From NCBI GenBank assembly GCA_040954595.2, contig CM082582.2, positions 6,822,063 through 6,886,062 of the forward strand: a DNA stretch of 64,000 nucleotides. Reading direction: 5' to 3'. This document shows, piece after piece, positions 52,509 through 64,000 of the stretch. Below the pieces are notes generated by a model. It did not search any database and was not told the origin of the DNA. It saw only the letters and a program-made list of their open reading frames with translations. The position numbers were made by a program, and so were the translations under genes. The number at the start of each line of letters is the position of its first letter. The first letter of the stretch is position 1. The stretch is from Balanoglossus misakiensis (Eukaryota; Animalia; Hemichordata).

Positions 52509-52591
52509 AGTGAATTAAAAGACAGTGGTCTTCCGGAGTGTTCAGCTGTTGTCAATTTATCAGGAGAAAATGTTCTGAATCCCATGAAGAG
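52509..52591 (+). CDS. SDR39U1: SDR39U1 exon 3 (SELKDSGLPECSAVVNLSGENVLNPMKR)
   Basis: Matches 'GLPSCDAAVNLAGENILNPLRR'; 83 nt. Confidence 0.96.
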
Positions 52592-52925
52592 GTGAGATTC
52601 AAACCATCATGCTGCTCTGCTGTAAATTATACTGACCCTCATATTAGCTGTGTGGGCCTTTTTAACCCTTTGCATCCTGACCCCCTGGTGACCTATGGTA
52701 TCATTCAGAAGTTTCTTCTGGGTTTGATTCAATGGGTTAAGGGGTTCTCAGTGTTTCATCCAGGATGGCATCAATATGGGGATATGGCCCCCTTTACCAG
52801 AATATTTGGGAGGATTCCACTCTAGCAAGGGGGAATTTTATAAGTGGCATGGTCCAGGTTTCTTTGTCAGAAGCCACCTTTTCTGTGTGTCTCTTCCTCT
52901 ACCATACATTGCTTTCGTTTCTCAG

Positions 52926-53047
52926 ATGGACGGAGGACTTCAAAGCTGAGGTGCGAACCAGTCGAGTGGACACCACCAGAGCTTTGGCCGATGCCATCAA
53001 CAAGGCACAGAAGAAACCACAAGTCTTTGTCGCTATGTCGGGTGTAG
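52926..53047 (+). CDS. SDR39U1: SDR39U1 exon 4 (WTEDFKAEVRTSRVDTT...SGV)
   Basis: Matches 'WNETFQKEVIGSRLETT'; ctcag acceptor, gtaagt donor; 122 nt. Confidence 0.96.
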
Positions 53048-53762
53048 GTAAGTGTCATCTGAATTCCAATCATTTTGGTTTTATAGGAGTTAGAGCGATC
53101 AGTTTAAACACACAAAATGTAAAGTTTGTGTCTGTGGTTTCACACTCAGTGGAGGGGATATAGGATTGATACCTTCTTTGGAGTAAAACGATCGTGTCCT
53201 AAGTCTGTCGATAAAACATTTACCCATGGTGGATGGATGTTCCTTACTCTGCTTAGAAACACTGTACACTGTCACATCATACCAGCGATGACCCCCCAAG
53301 GCAACGAGCATAATACTGTCACGGTTACACAAGCACAAGTCAGCTGCGGTCGATCCAGATCCATCTTTCAAATCCCATGGCTTCAGAAAAAATGGGCGAT
53401 TGACGCTAATGTTCTTATTCATTATTTCAGCGCCCCTCTCGGAGGTGTGATGCATTCTGTTTCTGTGACAACGGGATAATTATTTCCTCCAGTGAAAACT
53501 GCAACAGCTTGTCTGTTGAAGAAAAATGCTTGTCTTTTGTGAAATTGTGGTCTTGATGATAAACGATGTGTCATGATTTTTTGATAGGCTGCCATTTGCA
53601 ATCATCCAGAAAATCAATTTGAATTTTACTGCCCCGGGAGAGAAAAAGCCTGAGAGGGATTAAGTGAAACTGAAAGGCGATCGGTGTCTTGGAAATGTTC
53701 GATATATGTTCAGGGAATATCACATGCACCTTAAAATTGAATATGGGGTCACAATTTTTCAG

Positions 53763-53900
53763 GATTCTACAAGCCGAGCTTGGAAGCTGAGTACACCGAA
53801 GACAGCCCAGTCGGCGATGACTTCTTTGCCAAATTGTGTCAAGAGTGGGAAGATGCTTGTCAGCAGGCAAAAGATGTCAGACGTGTTATTGTCAGATCAG
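53763..53900 (+). CDS. SDR39U1: SDR39U1 exon 5 (FYKPSLEAEYTEDSP...LCQEWE...VIVRS)
   Basis: Matches 'YYQPSLTAEYDEDSP...WE...VVVRSG'; 138 nt. Confidence 0.96.
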
Positions 53901-54696
53901 GTGAGGTGCAGCTTATCTTATTGTATTTCATTGGTTTGGCCGATTTGAAACTCACTGCCGCTGACCAATGGCTAATGATGTTACAAAGTCAATCTTGCTG
54001 TTCAGATTCTTAACACAACACAACACAACACACATGTATTTGTGGCAGTGTACTTGGTGTTTTCATCATTTGTGAGGGAGTACAACAAAAATCGTCTCGA
54101 GACAACAGAACATTTTCAACGGTTAGACTACAATGTAACTACCAGAAAATCCAAAAAGTGGACTGGCCTCAAACTGAAGTAATGTTAGCATGTAATTTCT
54201 GTGTGACGATCAGACAAACAAATAAGTCATATCCGATGCTTTCTTTTTAAAATTGTCAGACGAGGGTACATTTGCGTGGGTAGTGAAAATGTCATTTTAT
54301 TTCATGGCATTTCATCATCACTTCGCAATGCATTTTAAAGAGTGCCAGATAATTAGTCACCTGCCCCTTTTGCCGGCATCGCGCGTTCCAAGTTGCCATT
54401 AGTCAGTTTTGTGAAAAAGGGAAATTTGATAGCGTTCATTTGCAGCCGTGGACAGAAGTGTCGTAATAACGCTACAAACTATATTGTTTTGCTCCGCAGG
54501 CAATATTTTATCACTTTTTCATGTCTGTTTTGTGAGTGGTTTTGTCACATTTTTATGTGTGGGCCGCACATTTTATTTAATGTGTTTTGTTAAACAATGG
54601 TTGAGTGATTTACTCAATTAGAGGTAATCATTCTCAGAAGATAAATGGATGTATTTAGTTTTAGTGACTTCAATTAAAAGTATTTTCATGTAGCAC

Positions 54697-55047
54697 TTAA
54701 AGGAGGGGGGGGGGTTTGCCTGAACTGCACATGTGCGACATTTCTGTTTGTAAACACACCGTCGCCATTGTTCCAATTGTTCAGGGAGAATCTGCCAACT
54801 TATTCATTTGTACATATCATCTCAAAACTTGCGGAAATATGATAAAAATGTAAGGAGGCATTGTTTGCAGTGACGTACATAACAGCAGTTACACTTTGCA
54901 CCTTCTGTGACTTGAATGGGGTCCAAACAGGCAGCTGTAGACAAAGTCTAGAATTCATGCAGACCTGTGGGTTTTTTTCGCTGTGCTTCATACACAGTCT
55001 AGCCAAATTCATTGCTCTCATTGTAAACTAGTACCATACATCCTTAA
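54697..55047 (+). mobile_element. TTAA-flanked dispersed repeat (MITE-like), homologous to 7497-7710
   Basis: TTAA at both ends and about 200 bp of collinear similarity with the 7.5-kb copy; TIR match weak. Confidence 0.6.
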
Positions 55048-58000
55048 AATAACAGTAGCTGTTGAAAACATGTTCAACTCTTTGGTAATTTTTCCAAATA
55101 GAATACTGTCCCCAGATCGTACTGTTAGGTTGGCTCGTGTGATTTATTTTATTTAATTACAATGTAATCCACCTTTGGTTTACCGGTAAGTTTAATGGCA
55201 GAACTACTGAGGGTTGTGCATTCGGCGTTTGTTGCCGTAAACTATTACGCTTCACTTTGTAGTGGAAACTTCCTCCGTCTTTGAAGAGAATTACTCCCAA
55301 ATGCGACACACAAAACAATTACCAGCGAACATCCATCTCTCCCCCACTGGAGTTGACTGTCTGGAAAGCGGTAAGACGTGTTTTGCAGATACGTGTAAAT
55401 ATTCAGTGATTTACGGGAACTCGAGTGATTTCTTCGCTGTGTTTAAAATTGGAAACTTTTTTGTGAAATATTGATGGGGCTTCGGAGAGGACATGTTGTT
55501 TTGGTCTTTGCCGTGGCATGTCAGGGTTGTTTGTCGGGCCGGTCTTGCGGGAGCAATTATGCAAGAGTAATTTATATCCGTTGGGGAAGAGTTTGTTGTA
55601 GGTACATTTATTATTACATGCAAGTATACAGAAAATATATATTGTGCTCTGAAAGGTACAATCTTTAGTAATGTCCCCCGTGGTAACAATGATTTGGGAA
55701 GTCCTGTAAAGTTGGCAGCCAAACAGCGTTAATGTACCGGCACTTGATTCACATTGGTTTCAAATACCTACATCGAGGGATCTCTATGAAAAAGGAATTT
55801 TCCATGAAAAGTTCAATCTTCAGCATGCGCGTACGGTGCAAATTTCGAAGATCTTTACTGATGAACAATGAAAGCACCTGGCCAATTGCAAATCCAAAAA
55901 GGCTTTGATGTCCATCAGGTGTGAAATTTCAGACATCATTTTCCTTCCTGAGAGAAGCTGTGGGTACTACTATGATTGCAGTCATATGCTGTATTCACAA
56001 TAATCGTGAGATATTCCCCTGTCTTTATAACAGCAACATCTGCTCACTGAAGTTAGCACATTATGGTGTCATATTTGACTTGATTGGAAGACTTTTAGCT
56101 TTTATACTGTACATCCTGGTGTCATATTTGATACTAGCAAATTGAAATCTCTGGCTTTCCTATACTGAATGGAACTTTTTAAACCTAATAGTGTAATTTC
56201 GTATGAGGGTATGGTAAGGATAGATATTTTCTTACAGATTTTATTCAAATCAAGGCAAAATTAGCAATATTATATTTTTGAGGATATTTTTGTCAGTTTT
56301 GTACAAAAAAGTAATTCTCAAAAACTGCTTGTTTGATCACTGTGAAAATCTCACCCTTTCCCTCCAAATGCACACTTGACACTGAATTTGTGGAAAGGTC
56401 GTGGGCGCTAGTGCACATTTCAGCACAATGTCAAGCGACAGACTGTGTACAGACGGCTGCAAGTACACGTACGGTACCTGCCTACGTGAGCCAGCACTGA
56501 CAATCAATTACGGCTAGATCATGCCTCACTGATTTTGGAAGACCGTGCATTGCTTGGACTTGATTATTCTAAGGTCAGAGAGTTCCAGATTCTTCTGCCT
56601 GCAATCCCATTTTGGTGTATAACTCGGTCATTTTGAATAATTTTTCAACAGAATGGATAAAAATTCATATCATTTCCGACTGGCATTGCCATGGGAACCA
56701 GTCGGTATCATAGTTTCCATAGAAAACCATCGAAACGCTTGAATTAGCGCCTTTCATTGCTATGCATCTCGAATCGCTAGGTATCTGAGAAGTTTCCATA
56801 GTGACCATTCATTTTTTTTACATAATGACATTTCGTATAGCCCAACCTTTTATTTGTGTATTTCCATAAAAATTAAAGATAGTGAAACTTGCCAAAAATG
56901 TAACCCCTTGTAGAATTTCTGTCGACTCCGGGCTACCCAGCAAACCATGGTCCACTGAATCATTGAAAATAATTCTCAAAATATGAATCAAGAAAATATA
57001 ACAAAACCGTGCACTAACAGTTTACATCAGTGTTAATTACTGTGTTTATATAATAAGAGTTACAATAATAGTCACATCAGTTCAGTTCTTCACAAACACA
57101 TACACGTACACGCACATCACCTGTGAGCTCAGGTCATCACCTCTTCTTCCTATTTGCCACAGAGGGCACAGTTAGTAGGAAACAAATTAGGATAGGTCAT
57201 AAATTTTAGATATTTTCCTCAGGCAACAAAAAAAATCGGAATTAATTGGATAAAATAAATTCAGGAAAAATACTGACTTGACAGGGGAGTAAAATATTGC
57301 TACCTGTAAAACGAGTTTTAATAAGCATATGGTATTAAAATTCTAAGAGAGTACAGGGGGTGTATTTCTCAAGGGGTATCCTGATGAAAAAACTATATCT
57401 TTCAGATTTCCTTTGACATTCATAGCTTCGAGACGCTGGTTTGGGTTGTTAATGGGATAAAGAGTATTTTTGCTGACCCTAGGAAATGGTGTATACTGTA
57501 CATGTATATATAGGTTAGCCTGACTGCTGGAATGGTTTGGAGACTCACTGTCAGTCATTCTTGTACTCAAAGCAAAATGTACATTGTACAAGCACACACA
57601 GGAACTGCAGTAGAAATGACAGAAGAACCCTGAAAATTCATTTGCTGAGACTGACAGTGGATAAAATGCTGGTAGATGCAGCTAGGTTATTCTTAAATAC
57701 GAGTAATGAAAATCACTGATATGTTCAACGCAATTGGGCTGAAATCTGGCTCATTGCACGCCATTCTTTCAAGATCGAGGTGAATAAATATTCATGGAGG
57801 CACTGATTAAACTGATACTATCCCCATTAAGAGGTCTGCACCCTCAGCGCCCATTTCCGCTGCATGGCAAAAAGTACTCATTCCCGTTTTAGCTGACAAA
57901 TGGCCGATAATTGACTCTAATGGTCCACTTTAATTAAAAATCCATCATGGACCCTTTACCGTCAGATCGATTCCATCACTTTTCATCTAATTCGATGGTC

Positions 58001-58802
58001 CACGCTCCGATAAGGTGCTAACATTTATACGGTGTCAAGAGTGAAATTGAAATTCACCCACTCGTTCTGCGCGACACACTTGCACCGTGCTTTGTCCTTC
58101 GCGGTTCAATTTAGATAAAAAACGGTGCGGCGACTTATCACCTTGTAATTTATATCACCATCTGATCCAATCAGCTTTCATTCTGTGTAAACAGCTTAGG
58201 TCTTTTTTGAATGCAGGCTTGTAAGTTGAGGTTTGTCAATTTCCTCAGTGAAATCCGGCGATCGCGGGATGTCATAAATCAGGCGGGACAATTAAGCGAA
58301 GTCGCCAGGTGCAATAAAAGTGGCCGTAGATGAAGGTAATAGTTGCCTATCGATTGTCCCATTCAGGGCTGTACATTTCAATTAGCCTCGGTGCAGTTCT
58401 CTTTTAGGGACACTGACCCATATACATGTTGTGATGACCTTAAGTTTGCCAAGTAGATCAGATTCTTTCAACTTTTCTGGTTCAAGGGCCTTTGAAGCTG
58501 TCTGGGCCGTGGGTTGATCATGTTCATGAAATGTGTACGTTTCAATTTTAATACACGTGTTGCCTTGAAAAAGACTTTTGTGTATACCTTTTATGTATGT
58601 GCCAGTGTTGTAGGTTTCTATGAGTGATAGAGGCTAGACTCTGTAAGCTAAAATTTTTCTTCGTTGGGCCCAGCTGATTTTGAAAGCTCTTTAGCTTTGA
58701 CATAACAAACAGTCATTCTTTATGAAACTGATGAACAATCCAGCAGAGACTGTAACATTTGGAAAAATATATGGACAGGGAATTTTTTCTTTGTACGCAC
58801 AG

Positions 58803-59212
58803 GTGTGGTGCTTGGAAAGGAAGGTGGAGCCATGAAGCAGATGATCTGGCCATTCTGGCTGGGGGTTGGCGGCAAGATGGGCTCGGGCAAACAGCCCTTC
58901 CCGTGGATTCACATCGGCGACATCGCCGGGATATTCGCGCACGCCGTGCAGTCTGAGCGCGCGGAGGGCGTGCTCAACGGAACGGCGCCGGGCGCGGTCA
59001 CCAACCTCGGCTTCACCAAGGCGCTGGGTTCGGCGCTGCGGCGACCGACCGTATTCCCTCTGCCGGGCTTCGTGGTGAACGCCATGTTCGGGTCGGAGCG
59101 GGCCGTGATGCTCCTGGAGGGACAGAGGGTCCTCCCCGAGCGAACGCTGGAAAGCGGCTATCAGTTCAAGTATCCGGACATCGATTCCGCGCTGAAAGAT
59201 ATCGTTGCGTAA
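58803..59212 (+). CDS. SDR39U1: SDR39U1 exon 6 (GVVLG...FPWIHIGD...LLEGQRVLPERTL..GYQF..P.I..ALKDIVA*)
   Basis: Strong match to the SDR39U1 / TIGR01777 (DUF1731) C-terminus; total CDS 876 nt = 291 aa. Confidence 0.97.
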
Positions 59213-60690
59213 AGGTGGCAGCCATTAGCTGTGACTTTTGGCTGACTCAGCGATATTTTTGAACTGTGTATCAACTATGCATATTTGTTCTATTCCCCAT
59301 GGCCTACCGAAATACCCAGTTTTGTTGTCATCAAGATGGCTCGTACATATGTTCTGGCAACTGGCATTGTTGACCAGTGAATTCAGCCGGAGTTCGGTAT
59401 TTGCATATTGTGCCAATATGGTCAGAAGAAGAACATGTAATCAACGAGAAATGCTAAGACGATTAACTGTCTCACCAGACGGAACAATAACATACCTGTT
59501 ACCGCATCTCATTGAGTTTCTTGCATTCAATTATGAACCGGAGAATACATGCAAAAACATTTTAATTCACTGTGCAGTGAAGACTGGGCAGTATAATGGA
59601 AACAGACAGTGATCATTATACCGGTATAATTCCCAGAATCTTCACTGATTTCAAAATCTTTTGCAGAGTTCTCAGTCAGTAATCTCCTTTGTGGTTTTCA
59701 ATGTACGACATGATGGATTCCGTTTCAATATTTTCTTGAAATATGCTTGATTGTTTTGTTATTCGACAGTGGGCGGGTGTTGCTTGTGTTGTGTGAATAA
59801 TCGCTGTTCTTTTGAAATTATATAAATATTTAAGAGCATTAAACAAGAACATGCTATTTTTAGAGTTGATTCTATGTGTGCCTTTTTAACTATCTTTGTT
59901 GCTAGGCAACATGTGGCGAGGGAATCTGTAGCAACTAGTACTTTCTAATTTTTTGTTTGATTCACAAAATAAGTGGATGTACTTATCACTTTATTTTGTA
60001 GTCAAGGTCATGCCTACAATGAAGTGCAAAACAAAAACTAAAAGCGTGGTGCACGTAGAGGGCGCTTCAGCAGAGGCAGCTGATAAACTTGAGAGCTCCT
60101 CCACCAGGAGATATGACGAGAGGGGGGGGGGGGGAGACAGACAGTAAGACAGAGATGTGATTTTATGTCATTTAAATGCAAGTTAACGAACAACACATGT
60201 GCATCACTAAACTTTAATAAATGTATAAATATGAAACATTTACTTGCAAATATAATAGAATCAAATTAATTGCCTTATCTGTGTGAGTCAAAACAAATTA
60301 CTTCAATCTGACAAAATGTAAATAATATGGCCAAAATAAATTTCTTGTGTCGTAGTGAAATTTTGAACCTGAAAAGAAACAGGCAGTGCGAGAAACAACG
60401 GTTCGGTATGAAGTTTTTTTAAGTGACACGCACGGCAAATATCGAAGTCGGGCTGTAGTGGTCACTGTAATTGTTTGCATCCATATAACCATGAAGCTAT
60501 CACAAAAAAGTTGCATATCAGTCTCCAGCAAAGTCAGTCAATTGTTTTCGAATGGTTTCGATTCGGTTCGATAGGGGGCATAAATAACGTTCTGCTTGGA
60601 CACAAGTTGGCGGACGCCTTCAGGCCAGACCGCAAACAAGTCATTTGATGACCGACTCGAAAACAATCGGGAGGAGTGATCATTGTCGAC

Positions 60691-60927
60691 TTAAAACGAA
60701 AGAACTTCGTGGGCGTACAAGGATGACAAAACGATGAACAGCAACCACATCAACACGAAGAAGATCCCCGAAATCACTTTCGGGACGGTCGGCCCGCCCA
60801 GTTCCGCCTTTCCGCACGCCGCGAAAGATCGCCTCATTATCAGCACGACTATGCTGAGGACGGCGAATACGCAATACACTGGGATGTTGAAGGCAAGTGT
60901 TTTTGTTGGAATTTCGAAGTACTGGCC
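60691..60927 (-). CDS. SLC8A: NCX-like exchanger terminal exon (TM9-10: RR...AELGGP...WLLFIVLSSL)
   Basis: 'RR...GELGGP' and 'W..YI..SSL' NCX C-terminal motifs; ttacag acceptor, phase 0; 237 nt. Confidence 0.94.
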   Translation of the reverse strand, partial: GQYFEIPTKTLAFNIPVYCVFAVLSIVVLIMRRSFAACGKAELGGPTVPKVISGIFFVLMWLLFIVLSSLYAHEVLSF

Positions 60928-61281
60928 CTGTAAACAGCAAAGAGATTAAAATTGTGTTTAGAGAATGAATAATGTATACAAGATAGATACTATAGTAAAT
61001 TGGCCTGTAAGGCGGTAGTTTAAAAACTCTCAATGACAAACGTAGAATTTATGAGAAAAATAAATTAGACGTATTTGGGATTCACTGATTATATTGAGTA
61101 CATTAAGTGTATGAATACAATTACGATGATTTTAGGCGGATAAAAAGTGTCATAAAGTTGTATAATACGACCAAGTTCGTGTTGCGTCTCTGACACACAG
61201 ACGTTCACTTTGCCGTGCATTTAAATCTATAATGTTATCAGCATGACCACATATTTGATTGTTCATTTGTTTCTCTCGTAC

Positions 61282-61629
61282 CTTTACTGTCCAATAGATA
61301 GAGGCGATGACCCAGGGAAGACCCAGTCCCAGGTAGACCATGACGGCGCTGTTGCCGATGACCACACCGACGGAAGTGTCGGCGTACTTGTCGGACTTGA
61401 CGGACATCCTGGTCGCCATCAGCTCCGGCAGGCTGGTCCCGAGCGACACGAACGTCGACGTGAAGGTGACGGCGATGACCGAGTCGTTGAGTCCGATCAG
61501 ACACCCGAAAGTGTTGGCCATGTCCACCATTATTGCTACGATGAATCCTTCCAAAGCCAGCCCCACGAGGAGGGTGATGACGCCGCGGCTGTTGAGGAAA
61601 GATGGCGGCGGCACACAGGCAGTGAGAAC
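61282..61629 (-). CDS. SLC8A: NCX-like exon (TM6-8, alpha-2 repeat GTSLPE)
   Basis: VPP...FGCLIGLNDSV.A...LGTSLPE...YAD.S.G...LGLGLPW.IASIYW; 348 nt, phase 0-0. Confidence 0.95.
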
Positions 61630-61969
61630 CTGTAAAACAACGATTGGTTAGGCGAGGTTAACATTTTCTTTTATTCGTGTTGTATGTATATAGATTTTCT
61701 TCACATTTTCCACAAATGGGCACCTGTATACGGGTTGTAATCCTATATGGGTGTGGCAAGTTGTGATCGTTCGACATGTAGACAGTCTTTCATTCCGGAC
61801 GTCGCGGTTTGCCAAATTTTTTTATATAAATGAACTATTATTTAAAATAATACGAGGAATCTTAAGAAACTACCCGGTATGCACTATGAACGTTGCCATG
61901 TAACACAGCAGATGGCGCTATTCTTATTACCCCACACATCATCACATACTGCAGACACGATTTACTGAC

Positions 61970-62148
61970 CTTCCAGAAGAATGAGACTATATGCAATACA
62001 TAGTCCAGAGTTGTCGCTTTCTCTTTAGCACCGCCGTTAACGAGCATGGCTTCTTTGATCTGTTGTCCCCACGATGAGTTGCCGAGTTGTAGTCGATCGA
62101 TTTTGAGTTTTGTCAATACAACAACTTCGTCGACAAGATTTTTGAACT
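61970..62148 (-). CDS. SLC8A: NCX-like exon (FKNLVD...SSWGQQIKEAM...DYVLHIVSFFWK)
   Basis: Matches NCX 'FK.TVD...SWREQF.EA...DY.MHF....WK'; 179 nt, phase 1-0. Confidence 0.95.
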
Positions 62149-62309
62149 CTGTAAAGTGCGAAATACAATGTAAATCTACATTATTGCATCCAAGGATATA
62201 TTATTGATAGATGTAGAAACTTGTTTTGCAGCTTGCTTTTTCAGTATCCTGTTTCGGTACCCGAGTTTCGGTACTTTTTATCAGCAAACGCGACGTACTG
62301 AAAACTTAC

Positions 62310-62648
62310 CATCGTCATTAAGAATCGTCACCGACGCCTTTGAAATCCCGCCGATACGAGCGCCCCCGTGCGCCCGCACAAGTTTCACGACGAACACTTC
62401 GTCTTTTTCATAACTTTGGTCGTTATAGATCTTTATCGTCACAGATTTCTCTCTCTCGCCATCCTCAAATTCAAGCTTTCCATTGCTGGCTTCATAATCT
62501 CGGCCGTGTACGGCAGTTTTGTCCACCGTCCTCCAGGTCACTGATATTCTTCCCGCTGCGCCATTTTTCCTGACAACTTTCAATTTCGCCACGCCGGCAT
62601 TTTCTTTGAAGACATACGCCGCTTGGTGAAATTCCAACATTCCGGGAT
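62310..62648 (-). CDS. SLC8A: NCX-like exon, Calx-beta domain 2 (CBD2)
   Basis: PGMLEF...V.R..G..G..SV.W.T.D.TA..G.DY....G.L.F..GE...YEKDE.F; 339 nt, phase 1-1 (AAG acceptor). Confidence 0.93.
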
Positions 62649-62919
62649 CTTTCGTGAACAAAAATATATTTAAAGAATTAGATAGACGCAAGGAACGGAT
62701 CATCAATATCTCATATACCATCGTTCACTTTGAGTTAGACAAAGTGCAAAAAACTGGCCATACAACATGGATCCCTTTTTGCCGAAATTGGCCAAAGATC
62801 TCGCCATATCAGACGACTGCTATGAATTTCGTAAAAACCCAGTTACAGAAGGTTATCGATACGGAGGGTGTATGTATCGAAAAGAACCTAGAATACGCAT
62901 GGTTAGTGACATTTCTTAC

Positions 62920-63155
62920 CGTCATCATCGATGATAGTGACTTCAGCTACATTTTTCTTTCCTAGTTCTAGGTTAGGATCACGGGTGTCGATAAGACTCA
63001 GTCTGACATAGAACGCCTTCTCTTCTTCCCACTGGCTATCGTCACGGATGTCAATGTCAAGGCGTATATCGCGTTCACCAGGTTGAAGCACTAAAATCCC
63101 TTTCCTTTCTACGTAGTCTGCGTCCGAAACTGCCGTACCGTCAATAGTTTCATAT
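62920..63155 (-). CDS. SLC8A: NCX-like exon, C-terminal part of Calx-beta domain 1 (CBD1)
   Basis: YETIDGTA...DY....G.L...PGE...IRDDSQWEEEKAFYVRL...VTIIDDD; 236 nt. Confidence 0.94.
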
Positions 63156-63335
63156 CTGTACCCACCAGAGAAATTCAATAAGTTTTATCATTTACTAATG
63201 CCGCAGTAACAAAATTGCACTTTTCATTGTTTTTTTTCATGGGAAGAGTCATATATCATTTATGCTAGTAGCTTGCCATGAAATGACGCATAATTTGCAC
63301 ATCTCCGTAAAAATAGCAAAAGGCCCACGTTTTAC

Positions 63336-63502
63336 CTGAATAATACTTGTTTGTGTAGTTTCCCAGTTCTCACAATTCTCAGAGATACTCGATCATTACT
63401 TTCCAACACCGAGTAACTGGTCGACGAAAACTCCACCACCGATTTGGCGCTCACCGCATCATCCCCGCAATCACGATCACGGCTGCCACTGAGTTCATAA
63501 AC
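63336..63502 (-). CDS. SLC8A: NCX-like exon, start of CBD1 (...VVEFSSTSYSVLE...IVRTG...LFR)
   Basis: Calx-beta N-terminal strand motif; tttcag acceptor, gtaaaa donor; 167 nt, phase 0-2. Missed by the ORF track. Confidence 0.9.
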
Positions 63503-63645
63503 CTGAAAAGGGAGAGAAGATAAAATCGTGACAGTTATTTACCATTTAACCCCATTCGAGAAATACGAATTGGTCAGCTTCGACATTTTAGCTTCATCGG
63601 CAAGAATCACAGACAAGCTAGAGACACGTATTGTAGTGTACCTAC

Positions 63646-63890
63646 GTTTTTCTGACTTGTCGTTTGTTCTACACTTGGGAGCAATCGCTGGGCGCCGCTG
63701 GCAGTCCTCATGGCGCCCACGCGGAACCACACAGCCGATCTCGGTATGTCCCGGCTTGCCTCAACCGTCGCCAAGGCAGCCGCTTCCTCTGTCGTGAGTT
63801 TCCGTTGGCGACTCTCACCGATTCCCTTCAGCATCTTGGTGACGCTTGACGCGTTTATGTGCTCGGAGTCTGTTCTTACAGAGTCCTGAC
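63646..63890 (-). CDS. SLC8A: NCX-like exon, two-helix-bundle region (...EEAAALA...PRSAVWFRVGAMRTASG...)
   Basis: Resembles NCX 'KSRAFYRIQATR.MTG'; donor AAC|gtaggt gives phase 0. Acceptor ambiguous (63890 or 63885). Gene continues beyond the window. Confidence 0.82.
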
Positions 63891-64000
63891 CTGGAGGTGA
63901 ATGATATTTTGTAAGGGTGCTTTCAAAATGTAATTTCTGAGTAAAATTTTCTTGCAAATGCAAAAAGATGAACTTTACACTTGCATACACAATATACGCA

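Noticed and set aside
61243-61651. Overlapping plus-strand ORFs (130 aa, 103 aa)
   Set aside because: Antisense shadows of the GC3-rich NCX exon.

Overview
Eukaryotic (animal) genomic DNA with GT-AG introns; the repeat landscape suggests a marine invertebrate, possibly a deuterostome (inference). Most ORF-track entries are spurious. Three spliced genes can be reconstructed with consistent phases. (1) A complete 9-exon, minus-strand anion-type Cys-loop ligand-gated channel subunit (GlyR/GluCl/HisCl-like; CDS 47414->9309, 1440 nt, 479 aa) with divergent ligand-binding loops. (2) A complete 6-exon, plus-strand SDR39U1 epimerase-family gene (50571-59212, 291 aa). (3) The 3' part of a minus-strand Na+/Ca2+ exchanger (SLC8/NCX-like) with an atypical alpha-2 ion-binding repeat (about 63890->60691). 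A fourth, unidentified plus-strand gene probably ends at 461-2226 (four phase-compatible exons). The large channel introns hold a frameshifted LINE ORF1 relic, a Penelope-type terminal repeat with a minimal hammerhead ribozyme, TTAA-flanked MITEs, a SINE remnant, microsatellites, hairpins and a candidate 30-nt cassette microexon. I found no clearly new multi-gene system. The best leads are the orphan channel, the altered exchanger, the hammerhead and the unannotated exons.
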